DNA from: Pavona decussata
Taxonomy: Eukaryota
Reading direction: 5' to 3'
DNA length: 64,000 nucleotides
Assembly (NCBI GenBank): GCA_977016875.1
Contig: CDRNST010000126.1
Span: forward strand, 868,001 to 932,000
Below are positions 45,512 through 57,826 of the stretch, piece by piece. The notes under the pieces were generated by a model. That model had not been told where the DNA came from, did not search any database, and saw only the letters and a list, made by a program, of their open reading frames with translations. Made by a program: the position numbers and the translations under genes. How positions within the stretch are numbered: position 1 is the first letter of the stretch; the number at the start of each line of letters is the position of its first letter.

Positions 45512-47325
45512 TTAAGTTCAAGGCAACTGAGAAGGTTATGTTTACAATGCGGGAATATTTTCTTGCTTGCTCTCCCGTCCAATCAACTTACTCCGAGTCA
45601 GTTATTTTTATCTTAACTCGCCTCAGTGTCTCTCGCTTTAATCAGCGAATTATTTTCTCAATTTTATATCGCACACATCTTCCTCCATTCTTGTTGATTA
45701 TCTTCCATAAAATGAACAATATTCAAGGGAAGAAAGACCTTTATCGCGTAATAAAAAATTAAAATAAAATGAAAACCAGGAGGTGAAATCTTACATTATT
45801 AAATGTCTTGATTTTTAGTGTCATAATATATAAAACGTTGCATGCCTAGGTGGATCATACAGCGGCAGTTTAACATATTTAACGCGCTGGCTATGGCATG
45901 AAACAGCTACGAGTATAGATACTCTACCACTTGTCTGCTAAAGGGTTGCCCCCAGGGAACTGAGATATGATGCAGAACATAGCCTCGAACTGTCACTGAC
46001 TTTCCAATCTTCCTAACGAGCGTTTGTTTGAAACTGCGACTCCGACTCGCTTTTCTCTACTCAACCGCACCTCAGCAAGTTCTAATATTTATCCTAGTAG
46101 AATTCACAGTTTTAATATAACATCAACAACAATAAGCGGAACTTTTTGCGCATCTGGAGGATATACCTCGATGGGGAGCTCCTTCCCCACCGTTTCCTTT
46201 CCTTCTTGTCTCTTACTAGTATTGTGAAGATTTCTTTGTCAGTTTTTGTCTTTAAGTTAGTGGGCAATTTTCCCGCCGCTCGGTTAGCAAAGGAAAATAA
46301 AATTTGGGGGTTAACACCACTTCCTTGCTCTCATCCACCTCTTTTGAAATCATTCATTTGCGCAATTTGGTTCGTTTCTTTTGTCCATTGTGTCGATAAC
46401 GTTCTAGTCTCAGAGACAGTGCTTTGATTAAGTTTGTTAATGCAGTCGTATTGGACCTTTGCCTGTGTTTATTCTCGCTATGATTTTCACGTCAGGGTGC
46501 TTTCATGTCCTAACTAAATGCATTTTTAACAAAATTGTTCGATTATTCTTGTGAAATGCTTTTGTCTTTTTGTTTCAAAGTTACATGTTATTTTACAGAT
46601 TGACTGAAATCACAAAACTTTATTCAGCATTCGACACGAATACTATTAATAATTGTTATGATTTACTTTCATGTTTACACACTTGCATTTGATCAACAAG
46701 TATTACATCTAGCTAGACTAAATTCCTTGCACCCATTTAATTTATAATAATTTTAGGAATAAAACAAAACGAAAACGAACCTACTCTTTTGAAGTGGTAT
46801 ATCAGTTTGCAAAAAGGGAAAGGTAAAATATAGTTCTCGAAGACGAGTGTTCAGTGCCAATATGTAGAAATTATTCCAGACGTTTCGGGCTTAGCTTAGC
46901 ATATTTAATTCCGTTGGACACGTAGCACAAAGTTTTGAGATGCAAATAACGGGAAGGTCACTCATATTAACTTTTAGTGTCTTGCTGAAAACATGAATTC
47001 TCTTAGCCTTTTTGCTGACATGTTATCAATGGCCACATAGACAGAATAAAAGTATTCAATGTATTGAAGGCGGGGATTGTGAGGAGGAAATAAGAGTGCG
47101 TAGCATTCGTCTCCTTTTCGACAGCCGGCTGGAAACTCGTTCTCCCCGGACGCATTCGTTCACTACTTCTACCACTTGGAGAGGAAACGACTGCCACTCA
47201 AAATAAGAGAAAATGGACTTTGATTACTTCGGAGGAGACAAACATGTCGGTTGTGTTCATGAGAAACAAAACTTCTCAATAAAGACCATTGTATTGGTGT
47301 CAATCGAAATATCGGAGTTTTTTAA

Positions 47326-48110
47326 AGTGTATATGACACGAAATCTTTTATTAGCTTATTAGGAAGAGCTTTCAAAATGATGGAGAATGGCATTTATTTT
47401 ATTGCGATAGCATTTTTGGTTGCCGAGTTATTCAAGATTTAGGCTTATGCAAATTAGACAACTTGTGACGTCACAAGACTGACACAAAATGAAGGGAAAT
47501 CACAAAAAATGGAATATCTCTTAAGCTTTTTTCTGTATAGAACTGAAACTTTGTAGAGTTGTTATACTCATCACAAAGTTTTATGATATGATCCACTATG
47601 ACATGTCCATGGCAACACAATGGGCTCCAGGCCCTCACCATCCAAAGGATAAAATCAGAGTTTCCCTTCCCAAGAAGCGCTTTTTGCTCTTGATGTTTAT
47701 TCAATGGGTGTGAGGGAAAATGGACATTACGCAGCACAAGTATAAGAAATTCTGTTTGACTGTGGAGCAATAAATAAGGCATTTGTCATTTTGGGAAGGT
47801 AGAGGTCTGGTAACGAGTACGTTGCTATGGTGACATCATAGCCACTATCACAATGTGTAGTTCTGTCAGCACATCAACCCTGCAAAATTTCAACCCTGTA
47901 GATGTAGTATTTGCGTAGATATTCCAAATTTTGTGATTTCCCTTCATTTTGTGTCAGTCTTGTGACGTCACAAGTTGTCTAATTTGCATAAGCCTAAATC
48001 TTGAATAACTCGGCAACCAAGAATGCTATCGCAATAAAATAAATGCCATTCTTCATCATTTTGAAAGCTCTTCCTAATAAGCTAATAAAAGATTTCGTGT
48101 CATATACACT
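47326..48110. mobile_element. Kolobok-like non-autonomous element, 785 bp, young
   Basis: ttaa AGTGTATATGACACGAAATCTTTT...AAAAGATTTCGTGTCATATACACT ttaa; near-perfect ~200-bp TIRs; absent from paralogous block B2 (single TTAA at 59665-59668). Confidence 0.9.
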
Positions 48111-50408
48111 TTAAACTGCGCACCAAACTGAATACATATTGAATAAGACATTTGACAGCTCCTTATTGCAGACTCAATTAATGCACGTATTACATTCTGT
48201 AAACGTGTTTATTGACACTCACTATTTTAGCTAGCATTTATTTTGAACTCTTTCCTTTCGTGGGCCTCAGCTCTGTAATAAAAAGCCACTGAATTCAGTT
48301 TTTGTTTGCCGTTTCATGGACGTAGAACGTAGCCCCGGACGCCTACTAAACGTTTTTATTTCCAGTAATCATCAGGGAAAATTTTATCGGAACCCTCACT
48401 TGAAAGAAAGTGGCCGCTTAACCGAGAGGTTTGTCTGTAAATTTCCGTCCCTTTTTCCAGCCATGCTCTCCAAAACTCACTTATATTTCATACCTATTAA
48501 AAAAATTTAAATCCGTTGCGCTGTTAAAATTAGGTTGAGCTCATTTGTTGTTGATTGTCGTAGGTTACGAGGGATAAGGGCAAAATTGAAGTGACGAGCG
48601 ACGAAAAAATAGCAGGAAAAAATAAAACCTAGAGGCTAGATGTTACATTGTTGAATATATACTGTTTGTGGAGAGAAGATCAAATCCTCAGAAAACCCAA
48701 GCGCAAAATGTCAGTTATCATTGCGACTTTAGAGAGCAACAGTGAAGTTACGTTAGAAAAGAAAACAAAAGAATCCCTCTTTTCCCCCTCAGTTCACTTT
48801 CGTTTTCAGAATTATTCCGTCGCGTATTAACAGACCTGTTCAACTGACGCTAATGTTTCGATAACCTTCTTGTCTCGGAAGTCACGCTTTGTTCAATTGT
48901 TTTAAATAAAAGTCATTTCTTATAATAGTCGCACACCGAGGTAGCTCATACCTAGCCACGAACCACAGATCCTCTCATCTTTATACCGAAAGTTTGATTA
49001 AACCCCAACGCAGTTTTCAATACACAACTGCGCCTTCACATGCCATGCTAAACAGCCAACTATGATTCCAGTTTTCATACAAGCATCGCTCTGCCGGCGC
49101 TGTAAATCTTGCGGATTGATCATTATTGTATTTCCTCTCTTACCTCGATTTTCTGTTCGTTTCCCTCCTTGTTTAGTCTTTGTTTCTCTTTTGTTTCCTT
49201 CTTGTTCCGGTTTCTGAGAGCGGCTAACTCGCCTTTGTAACAGCTTCTTTATGGTGGCCCTTCGCCTGTGTTTATTCTTTCAAGGACTCTTTCTAGAATA
49301 AGTACACGTGTCCTATTTATTTTTAACACATTTTCAAAAAAGTCGTCAATTCCTCTTTCGAGATGCTTCAGCTTTCTCTAAAGAATATCTTTTTGTTTAG
49401 CCTGACTAATATGGTAAAACTTTCGACACCATTCGATAGGAATAGCATTGTTATGTTTTGTTTAATTTAAAATTTCAAGTTTGCCCTCGCGTTAGATCAC
49501 TATTTTTTAGTTATGAAAACCAATCTTAGTTTTAAAGGATCGCCTGTTTTTGGTAATATTTTAACTGTACGAAAATGGAACGAAACGATGCTTTTAGAAG
49601 GAGACAAATCATAACATGTTCTGTAAATCATTCGTGGTGAGAAATTTTGAATTTAATTTGTCTTGGGGGCGAAGCAGTAAGTGACCACGATCAAATGCAA
49701 ATTACAGGAAGGTCACTCATGTGTACTCTGTCAGTTTCTTACTCAACTGAACATTTGAATTCTCCTTACTATTTGGTTCACGTTTTGAGTGAATCAGACT
49801 GAGAATTTAGTGGTCACCGCATGAGACTGTAAGGAGAAAATACACTTTGACTACTTATTTAGAGACGACGGTGTGTCAGGTGTCCATGAGAAAGAAATTT
49901 TCTGAACACAAACAATTGCATTACTGTCAGCTGACTCAAAGAAGTTGTTTAAACAATTACACACGCAGATTTAGATATTGACAGACTGATAAAAATTCAG
50001 TTTTGGCCAGTAGGTTTTGAGCTTTCACTAATGGCTAGTGAAAATTGTAAAGCGCTGGAGTGCCGGACAGAAAACAAAGATGAGAATTATTTAATAATCA
50101 CAAAAGCAAATCAAGAGAATAAGACCTAGTATTTGCAGTCGCTTTTTGTGCTACATGCGTAGAGTAAAGACTTTTTCATTTTAAGGTCAACTTGAAATTT
50201 CAATCGCAAATAACGCAGTTTGTAAACAGTGAAGAAGACCTTAACGCTCATGGGTTTGGGAGTTTTTTCTCAGTAACTATTACACATCTATTAAAAAATG
50301 TCTGTCCTTTGTCTCTCCCCTTTTCGTAAAACGAATTAAAAGTGAAACTGTGGCAAGTTAATATTATTTTTGTTTTGGCTTGTGAAATCAGACCTGTTAC
50401 TTACAACT

Positions 50409-50479
50409 TAGCCTCTCACGTAGTCGTTTTTAGGGGACTCAAATTACCTCCTCCCCAATAACGACTGCGTGGGAGGCTA
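50409..50479. mobile_element. 71-bp micro-MITE with 9-bp TSD
   Basis: TAGCCTCTCACGTAGTCGTT...AACGACTGCGTGGGAGGCTA flanked by CTTACAACT twice; the empty site is at ~61961-61969. Confidence 0.9.
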
Positions 50480-50870
50480 CTTACAACTGGGCTTGCGAGC
50501 TAAAAAGTTAGTCTTGAGCCATGGAGTAGGGACAAGAACTGCACAAGAAGCACCTTTTTCATTTGGCTGAAGACCCTGAGTGTTTTTCTGAGTCCCAACA
50601 ACTTACCAGGAGTGAAAAGAAGTATTGTAAAGGCACATTGTTACTAAACCGAGATCATATTTTTTGATTCAAGGGTTTTATGCAAGGCTATAATGATTGA
50701 TTGTTTTCGTTTAGCTAAAAAGTGCCGGAACCTTTGCATTATCGTTTCTGCAATCCAAATTCTAAAATTTGTTTCATTTTACACACCACATTTGGCAAGA
50801 TTACACTAAAAATCAGTCAAAATTGCATCCCCAAACGTCCTTCATACTTGTTTCTGTTCTTTGTTTGTAG

Positions 50871-52424
50871 GTGCTGTTAAATTTGGGGAGCCTCTTGGTG
50901 TTAGTGAATGTCAGAAGCTGATTAAGCGTCTGTCCAAGTGTCAGTTACCTTTTCAATGTGCTCATGGTAGGTAATTATTTGTTTCTTTGTTGTTGTTGTT
51001 GTTGTTGTGAAGGGGAAGTGTCATGGGGTTTTTGACCTCTTTTGTTAAACAATTATAAAATAAGACCTTCACTTAGCTACAAAATAATTCTAGAACAACT
51101 ACAAAAGATATCAACTCAGCTCTTGAAAGAAACAACTCATGATCTATTCTACCGCATTTTGGAAACAAAAATGCGAGAATGTGAAAAACGTTAGCCTTAC
51201 ATTTTTCAAGTTTCAATCCATTCCGACCTACTCTGTCTCTGGCCAGAGGCACTAATCGATCGTTTTATCGCACTGTGACGATAATTTATTAGAAAACGAG
51301 ACAAATATTTATTCGCTTCTGTTGACAGACAAACATTTTTGGGTTTTGAAATGACATCAAATTCACGTGATACTTCACCTGTAAGTATTCCTGTTTCGCG
51401 GGGAAGGTTGGGAGAGGGCTGCAGATAGGGAGAATTTGAGTCTTGTTGATTTTCTTTCATGTTAAAATGGACCACATCTTCAAGATTATGGTGATTTCTA
51501 TGTCTTTTAAGTATGTATTCGTAGTGCAAAAAAAAAAAAAAAAAATTGTGAAATTCCCAAGGACCCCAACGGTAGGGATGGACATATAGAGCAACTGCAT
51601 CATCTCCACCTGGTTTTTTTTCGCCTTAATTCCCTTCAAGCTCCAATTCCAGGTGCACCAAGTTGAATGCTCTTGTTCATGTTAGCAAAAGCTGCATTTT
51701 TCATCAACAGAAACCAAGTTAAGCTTATGTTGTTTGCAATCAGATTGATAGTTGTGGCGATATAAATCGTTGTAAAAGACTTGTCTTGGCACTCGTTTTT
51801 CCCGTAGCATTATTTTCGGTTTTTGATTGAGTTTCGTAAAAACAAAGCCAAAGATGTTATTCTGACCAATCACAACAGACGGTAACAGCGCAATGAACCA
51901 ATCAGAATTCGAAGCAAATACATGTAACCGGCGCAAAGCGCGGGAAAACGCGTGCGACCAAGACACGATTGTTTTGGCTTTCCAACGGTTGAGAAAATGG
52001 CGCGAACTTTGCCAACCAATCACAAAGCGAAGTAAAGCAAAACCAAAGCAAACGCGAAATTACTTTCGACACTCAATTGAAAACTGCCGTATCCGAATTT
52101 ATGCCGCTACTTACTTTGTTTTGTCCTGTTCATCCAGGCCTTCTGTTATTCCACTGGCAGACCTCAGCTTTTTGGGAAAGAAGATGGTGTCTCAGGTACA
52201 CGTAAGAAATGATAGTGCAGATTTGGTTGAACAAGTTTTCTGTCTCGGGGTGTTTTCTCCGTGAAATATTCGGTTTTTTTTGCCACTTTGTAATGTCTGT
52301 TTCTTTTCATTTCTGGTTTCAGGAACTTGAATGTCGACCAAGAATGAACAAGCTTCGGTCTGCCCTGATAAAAGAACACCGAAGACCCAAAGAAATTTAT
52401 AGGCGCACTCAGGAAAGGACTTGA
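50871..52424 (+). pseudogene. MLH3: Duplicated MLH3 terminal exons, copy M2: reading frame and all splice sites intact (orphan fragment or alternative 3' cassette)
   Basis: Exons 50871-50970, 52138-52195, 52323-52424 give [85 protein letters not shown]. The native TAA has become AAA, adding 11 aa. Confidence 0.85.
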
Positions 52425-52896
52425 GGTCATTATCTTTTGTATTTAAGTTGTTCATGTCAATGAACAGGGGAACAAAAACGTTTCAAAAACACAAGTTGTC
52501 GCTGCTTCTTATGACTAACTTTTTCACTTTTTTTTTGCTCTGGCGAATTTTAAAATTTAACTCAAAAAAGAGTGTTTTCTTTTTCAAGGAGAATTTCATT
52601 GATTTAGCAAAAGAAAGCTCGGGCCTCTTATTCAATGCTTTTTTTGATATTCTTTTATTTTATATTTTTTATTCTTTTAAGAATGTTAGTAAGGCAGTGG
52701 TGGAAGTGAAAGGAGTCAATAAAAGTGTCATCTGCCATTCAGTCCATGTGTTGGTCTCTCAGTTTCTTCCGTTACCCATTTAATCCACTGGTCTGTTATT
52801 AAGTCAGTTTGTATATCCGTCCAGTTTACTTTTACTGCCATTTATTCAGTGCACTGCTCAGCAAACAAGCGAATCAGTCAGTGTTTTCCCACCCGT

Positions 52897-53270
52897 TTCC
52901 ACAGTTTCCATAGTTACCATAGTTACCACAGTTTCCATAGTTACAATACAGGTCGGCGTGAAGACATTCATTCTTCAAGACCCAAACTTAGCCTCGGGAA
53001 GAGAACTTTTAGATACTCCGGAGCGATTTTATTTAACTCGTTACCTGAAACATACAAGCGGGCAGCGTCCTTGGAGGCTTTTAAGCGACTAATGATGAAA
53101 CACGATTTCGCATAGATTTTCTTAGTGTGTATATGTTTTTATTTATTTTTTCTATCCTGTAATATTTTAGCCCAAAAGTGTTGTTAGAATCATATATATT
53201 GTAATTTTTTTTCTCAGACTACAAGTTTTTTAGACCACAAGCGTTTATTGTAATTCATTACTTTGCTATA
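52897..53270 (+). mobile_element. Short L2/CR1-group LINE 3' fragment at the M2/M3 junction
   Basis: HSYNTGRREDIHSSRPKLSLGKRTFRYSGAILFNSLPETYKRAASLEAFKRLM* is a typical ORF2 C-terminus. Its 5' edge carries five imperfect 9-bp repeats (CCAYAGTTW). The right boundary is approximate. Confidence 0.75.
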
Positions 53271-54439
53271 ATGATTTTAGGTGGATACAGGGCCCCTTTT
53301 CTTGAGCTCATTTACTTGAATTTTCGTCTTTGGCGAAATATCGTCAAATTCGCCATATTCGCCAAATTCGCCGTGTTCGTCAAATTCGCCACTTTGTTGG
53401 TACCCTTGTCTTGAGCCCATTAGCTTGCATTTTGGTCTTTGACAAAATATCGTCAAATTCGCCATGTGTTTAGCTTATTTGCATTTATTTGGGAATTTGG
53501 CGAAGTCTTGCCAAATCTTGACCACTTGTCAGGTGTCCATGAGAAACAAATTTTCTGAACACAAACAATTGCATTACCGTCAGCTGACTCAAAGAAGTTG
53601 TTTAAACAATTATACACGCAGATTTAGACATTGACAGATGGTAAAAATTCAGTTTTGGCTAGTAGTTTTTGTGCTTTCACTGGCCATTTTGGCTAGTAAA
53701 AATTGTAAAGCGCTGGAGTGCCGGACAGAAAACAAAGATGAAAATTATTTAATAATCACAGAAGCAAATCAAGAGAACAAAACGGGGTACGTGTGGTCGC
53801 TTTTTGTGCTACATGCGTAGAGTTAAGGGTTTTTTCATTTAAAGGTCAACTTGGAATTTCCGATGCAAATAACGCTGTTTGTAAACAGTGAAAAAGCCTT
53901 AACGCTTACGGGTGTGGGAGTTTTTTCTCAGTAATTATTACACATCTAATAAAAAATGCCTGTCCTTTGTCTCTCCCCTTTTCGTAAAACGAATTAGTGA
54001 AACTGTAGCTAGTGAATATTTTGTTTTGGCTTGTGAAATCAGACCTGTTACTTGCAACTGGGCTCGTGAGCTAAAAAGTTAGTCTTGAGCCCTGGACTAG
54101 GGACAAAAACTGTACAACAAACACCTTTTTCAGTTGGCTGAAGACCCTGAGTGTTTTTGTGAGTCCCAACAACTTACCAGGAGTAAAAACTAGTATTGTA
54201 AGGGCACATTGTTACTAAACCGAGATCATATTTTTTGATTCAAGGGTGTTATGCAAGGCTATAATGATTGATTGTTTTCGTTTAGCTAAAAAGTGCCTGA
54301 ACTTTTGCATTATCGATTCTGCAATCCAAATTCTAAAATTTGTTTCATTTTACACACCACATTTGGCAAGATTACACTAAAAATCCCAAGCGTCCCACCC
54401 CAAACGTCCTTCATACTTGTTTCTGTTATTTGTTTGTAG

Positions 54440-55949
54440 GTGCAATTAAATTTGGGGAGCCTCTTGGTGTTAGTGAATGTCAGGAGCTGATTAAGCGTCT
54501 GTCCAAGTGTCACTTACCTTTTCAATGTGCTCATGGCAAGTAATTATTTGTTTCTTTGTTGTTGTTGTTGTTGTTGTTGTTATGAAGGGGAAGTGTCATG
54601 GGGTTTTGACCTCTTTTGTTAAAACGATGACGAAATAAGACCTTCACTTAGAAACAAAATAATTCTAGAACAACTAGAAAGAAAGCAACTCAGCTCTTGA
54701 AAGAAACAAGTCATGATCTATTCTAGCTCATTTTGAAAACAAAAATGCGAGAATGTGAAAAAACGTTAGCCTAACATTTTTCAATTTTAAATCCATTCCG
54801 ACCTACTCTGTCTCTGGCCAGAGGCACTAATCGACAGTTTCATCGCACTGGTGTGATAATTTATTATAAAACTAGACAAATACTTATTCGTTTCTGTTGA
54901 CAGACAAACATTTTTGGGTTTTGAAATGACATCAAATTCACGTGATACTTCCCCTCTATGTATTCCTGTTTCGCGGGGGAGGGTGGGAGAGGGCTGCAGA
55001 TATGGAGAATTTAAGTCTTATTGATTTTCTTTTTTGTAAAAATGGACCACATCTTCAAGTTGTTGGTGATTTTTATCTCTTTTAAGTATGTATTGGCAGT
55101 GCAAAAAAACTGTCAAATTCCCAAGGAGCCCAAGGGTGGGGATGGACATATAGAGCAACTGCATCATCTCTACTTGGGTTTTTTCGCCTTAATTCTCTTT
55201 AAGCTCTTCCAGGTGTACCAAGTTGAATGTTCTAGGTCATGTTAGCAAAAGCTTCATTGTCATGAACAGAAACCAAGTTAAGCTTATGTTGTTTGCAATC
55301 AGATTGATAGTTGTGGTGATATAAATCTTTGTAAAAGACTTGTCTTGTCCCTCGTAATTCTCGTAGCATTATTTTCGGTTTTCGATTGAGTGTCGTAAAA
55401 TCAAAACCAAAGATGTTACTCTGACCAATCACAACACACGGAAACAGCGCAAAGAACCAATCGGAACTCGAAGCAAATACATGTGACCGGCGCCAAGCGC
55501 GGAAAACGCGTGCAACCAAGAGACGATTATTTTGGCTTTCCATTGGTTAAAAAAATGGCGCGAACTTTGCCAACCAATCACAAAGCAAAGCAAAGCAAAA
55601 CCAAAGCAAACGCGAAATTACTTTCGACATACAATTTAAAACTGCCGTATCCGAATTAACGTTAGTAGTTACTTTGTTTTGTCCTGTTCACCCAGCCTTC
55701 TGTTATTCCACTGGCAGACCTCAGGTTTTTGGGAAAGAAAATGGTGTCTCAGGTACATGTAAGAAATAATAGAGCAGATTTGGTTGAACAAAGTTTTGTG
55801 TCCCAGGGGGTTTCATACGTAAAATATTCGTTCTTTTTTGCCACTTTGTAATGACTGTTTCTTTTCATTTCTGCTTTCAGGAACTTGAATGTCGACCAAG
55901 AATGAACAAGCTTCGGTCTGCACTGCTCAAGGAACACCGGAGAACCTAA
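54440..55949 (+). pseudogene. MLH3: Duplicated MLH3 terminal exons, copy M3 (frameshifted)
   Basis: Exons 54440-54539, 55696-55752, 55881-55949. The first exon ends GGC AA (native GGC AG) and the second has lost its first G (CCCAG|CCTTC vs CCCAG|GCCTTC), which breaks CAHGRP. Confidence 0.85.
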
Positions 55950-56214
55950 GAAAATGGATTGTGTTTAGTTATTCCGTAGATTCCTGTTGCTAGTCAATCA
56001 GCCAGGTCTTCATTCAGATTTTTCAGGGTAACAAATCGGTCAGAATGTCAATCGTTCAGTCTATTGGTCAGTCAGTTTGTCTGTCAGTGGGCCATCAGTC
56101 TGTCATTTGGCTGACCAGTCAAGGCCGACCTAACAGACAGCCAATCAGTCAGTAAGATTCATTTCGTTGTCCAAGTTGTGGAGTTATTCAGTCTGTTTGT
56201 CATTTGTCAGTCAG

Positions 56215-56216
<2 letters not shown>

Positions 56217-56284
<68 letters not shown>
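56217..56284. repeat. (AATC)17 microsatellite
   Basis: Perfect run embedded in AGTC units just downstream of the U2 3' end. Confidence 0.95.
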
Positions 56285-56285
<1 letters not shown>

Positions 56286-56389
56286 GTCAGTCAGTCAGTT
56301 ACTAGAATAACGATCAACAAGTGATTGGTGAATTTTTCTTTATTTAATCAATGCCTTTCTTGTACAGTAATGTACGAGTCTGTTCCACT

Positions 56390-57826
56390 CTACTGAACCA
56401 AGATATATCCCATGGCTTTGATGTTCTTAGGTCCGTTATTGGATCCAAGACCTTTTGCAGCATTGTTTCCACACGTGTTGGAGTCATCACTACTCCCTCC
56501 AGTACCAAAGCCGATTCTGGAGTCAGTTGATGCGCAATGTTTCTCGTTGTTTCCAAGGATACCGATTCTTGCTTTGGAGTAGCCCTTACTGCTACCGGCA
56601 GCATTGAACCCTTCTTTGTTACAGTTGATTTGCAAGGACGCCTGAGAACCAATCATCGTCCTCCACGTGTTACGACCCAGTGAAGTTGCACGGTATTTCC
56701 CGTCAGCAATCAGTGCGTACAGTGAGTTGGCCTGCTTATCAATGACAAGGAACTTGATCTGCTGACCGATCTTCATACCAAGGCAGATCTTGGAGAAGGG
56801 TGTGTTCCAGTAGGTAGGCAGCTTGGTCTGTTGTGTGTCGAACCCAGTCTTCCCTCCAGCAAGGTTATAGGCATTTCTGTTGCTCCAAAATGGAGAATCG
56901 TAATGGAAGGTTTTCTGGAATAGAAACAAGGAAAATTAGTCAACTGCCAGATGTTAATTATTTGAACAGCGTTTGTCAAGAATGATGGGACAGCTGCATA
57001 CCTTTGTGCCGTCAATCTTCATGGCCAGCGTCCACCCTCCATCTCCGCATCCAAAGTTGCCCATGTGACAGTAAACAGGAATCTTCTGTGAACCAAACAT
57101 CAGCGGATACACTTGGCTTTTGCTGGAACTGGAAAGGGAGAGAAATGGTGTAAGTTGAAATAATAAGGACATGTTATCATTGCCTCTTCTCTTTAATTTT
57201 TGGGAAACTGAGAATTTTTAAAACAAATCCAAACCTTTCCTTTGTTTCGCTTAGTTAGCGGAATGTATCATAGTACACGTGAAAACCCACCTGCGTTTTT
57301 CATACTGTTCCTTGCATGAAGAGGAAGGACCGGCTATGAAAAATGTAAAAGTCAAGTTAGATGTAGTTTGAATGTGTTTGAAAAATGTAAGAATGAATAC
57401 ATTGGATTTCAATCTGTCCCTCTGTTGATTGATGCGCGAGAGACGAAAGACGCGAGGGAGGGAACTAAGGCGTGGACGCGCGCGATATTTTCCCACTCAT
57501 GGGACCTTCTCGAACTGCGCCAAGTAAAGATGCAGAAGCGATTTGAAACTTTCGAAAGAAAAGACGGGGAAAACACTGGAGACAAATCATTTACCTGGTG
57601 GCAGAGTAGGTGAAGGTTTGTTGACCACTGCAATGAGATTTTCCAGTTTAGTTTGCAGCATTTTAATGGCGTCGTTTGCGTCCGAATCCTGAAGCAGGTT
57701 ACACATCAGATTACAAACCATCATCTTGTCGTACGGTTTGGCGCAAGATTTGGAGGAGTTGTTGGCGCCATTCACGGTCAGGACGAGAAAAACTGCAAAG
57801 AAATAAACTTGGATAGGCAAACGCAT
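56390..57826 (-). CDS. Secreted USOMP5-like protein, copy U2, 308 aa
   Basis: Exons (-) 57826-57595, 57333-57291, 57128-57002, 56914-56390; same sizes and phases as U1; 20 aa differences from U1 by manual alignment; no stops or frameshifts. Confidence 0.85.

Noticed and set aside
47012-47206. ORFs repeated in B1 and B2 (47012/59355, 46146/58554, 45496/57892) as conserved small genes
   Set aside because: Their similarity only reflects the recent duplication; several start at non-ATG codons and none has recognisable motifs.
52897-52945. CRISPR-like or His-rich functional repeat (FHSFHSYHSYHSFHSY)
   Set aside because: These are contiguous 9-bp units with no spacers in a eukaryotic locus, explained as a stutter at a LINE 5' junction.
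53638-53820. 60-aa ORF with a signal-peptide-like start (MVKIQFWLVVFVLSLAILASKNC..)
   Set aside because: It lies in the truncated CAGGGC TIR element. The ATG arises from a 1-nt difference (CAGATGG vs CAGACTGG in M1) and is absent from the other three copies.
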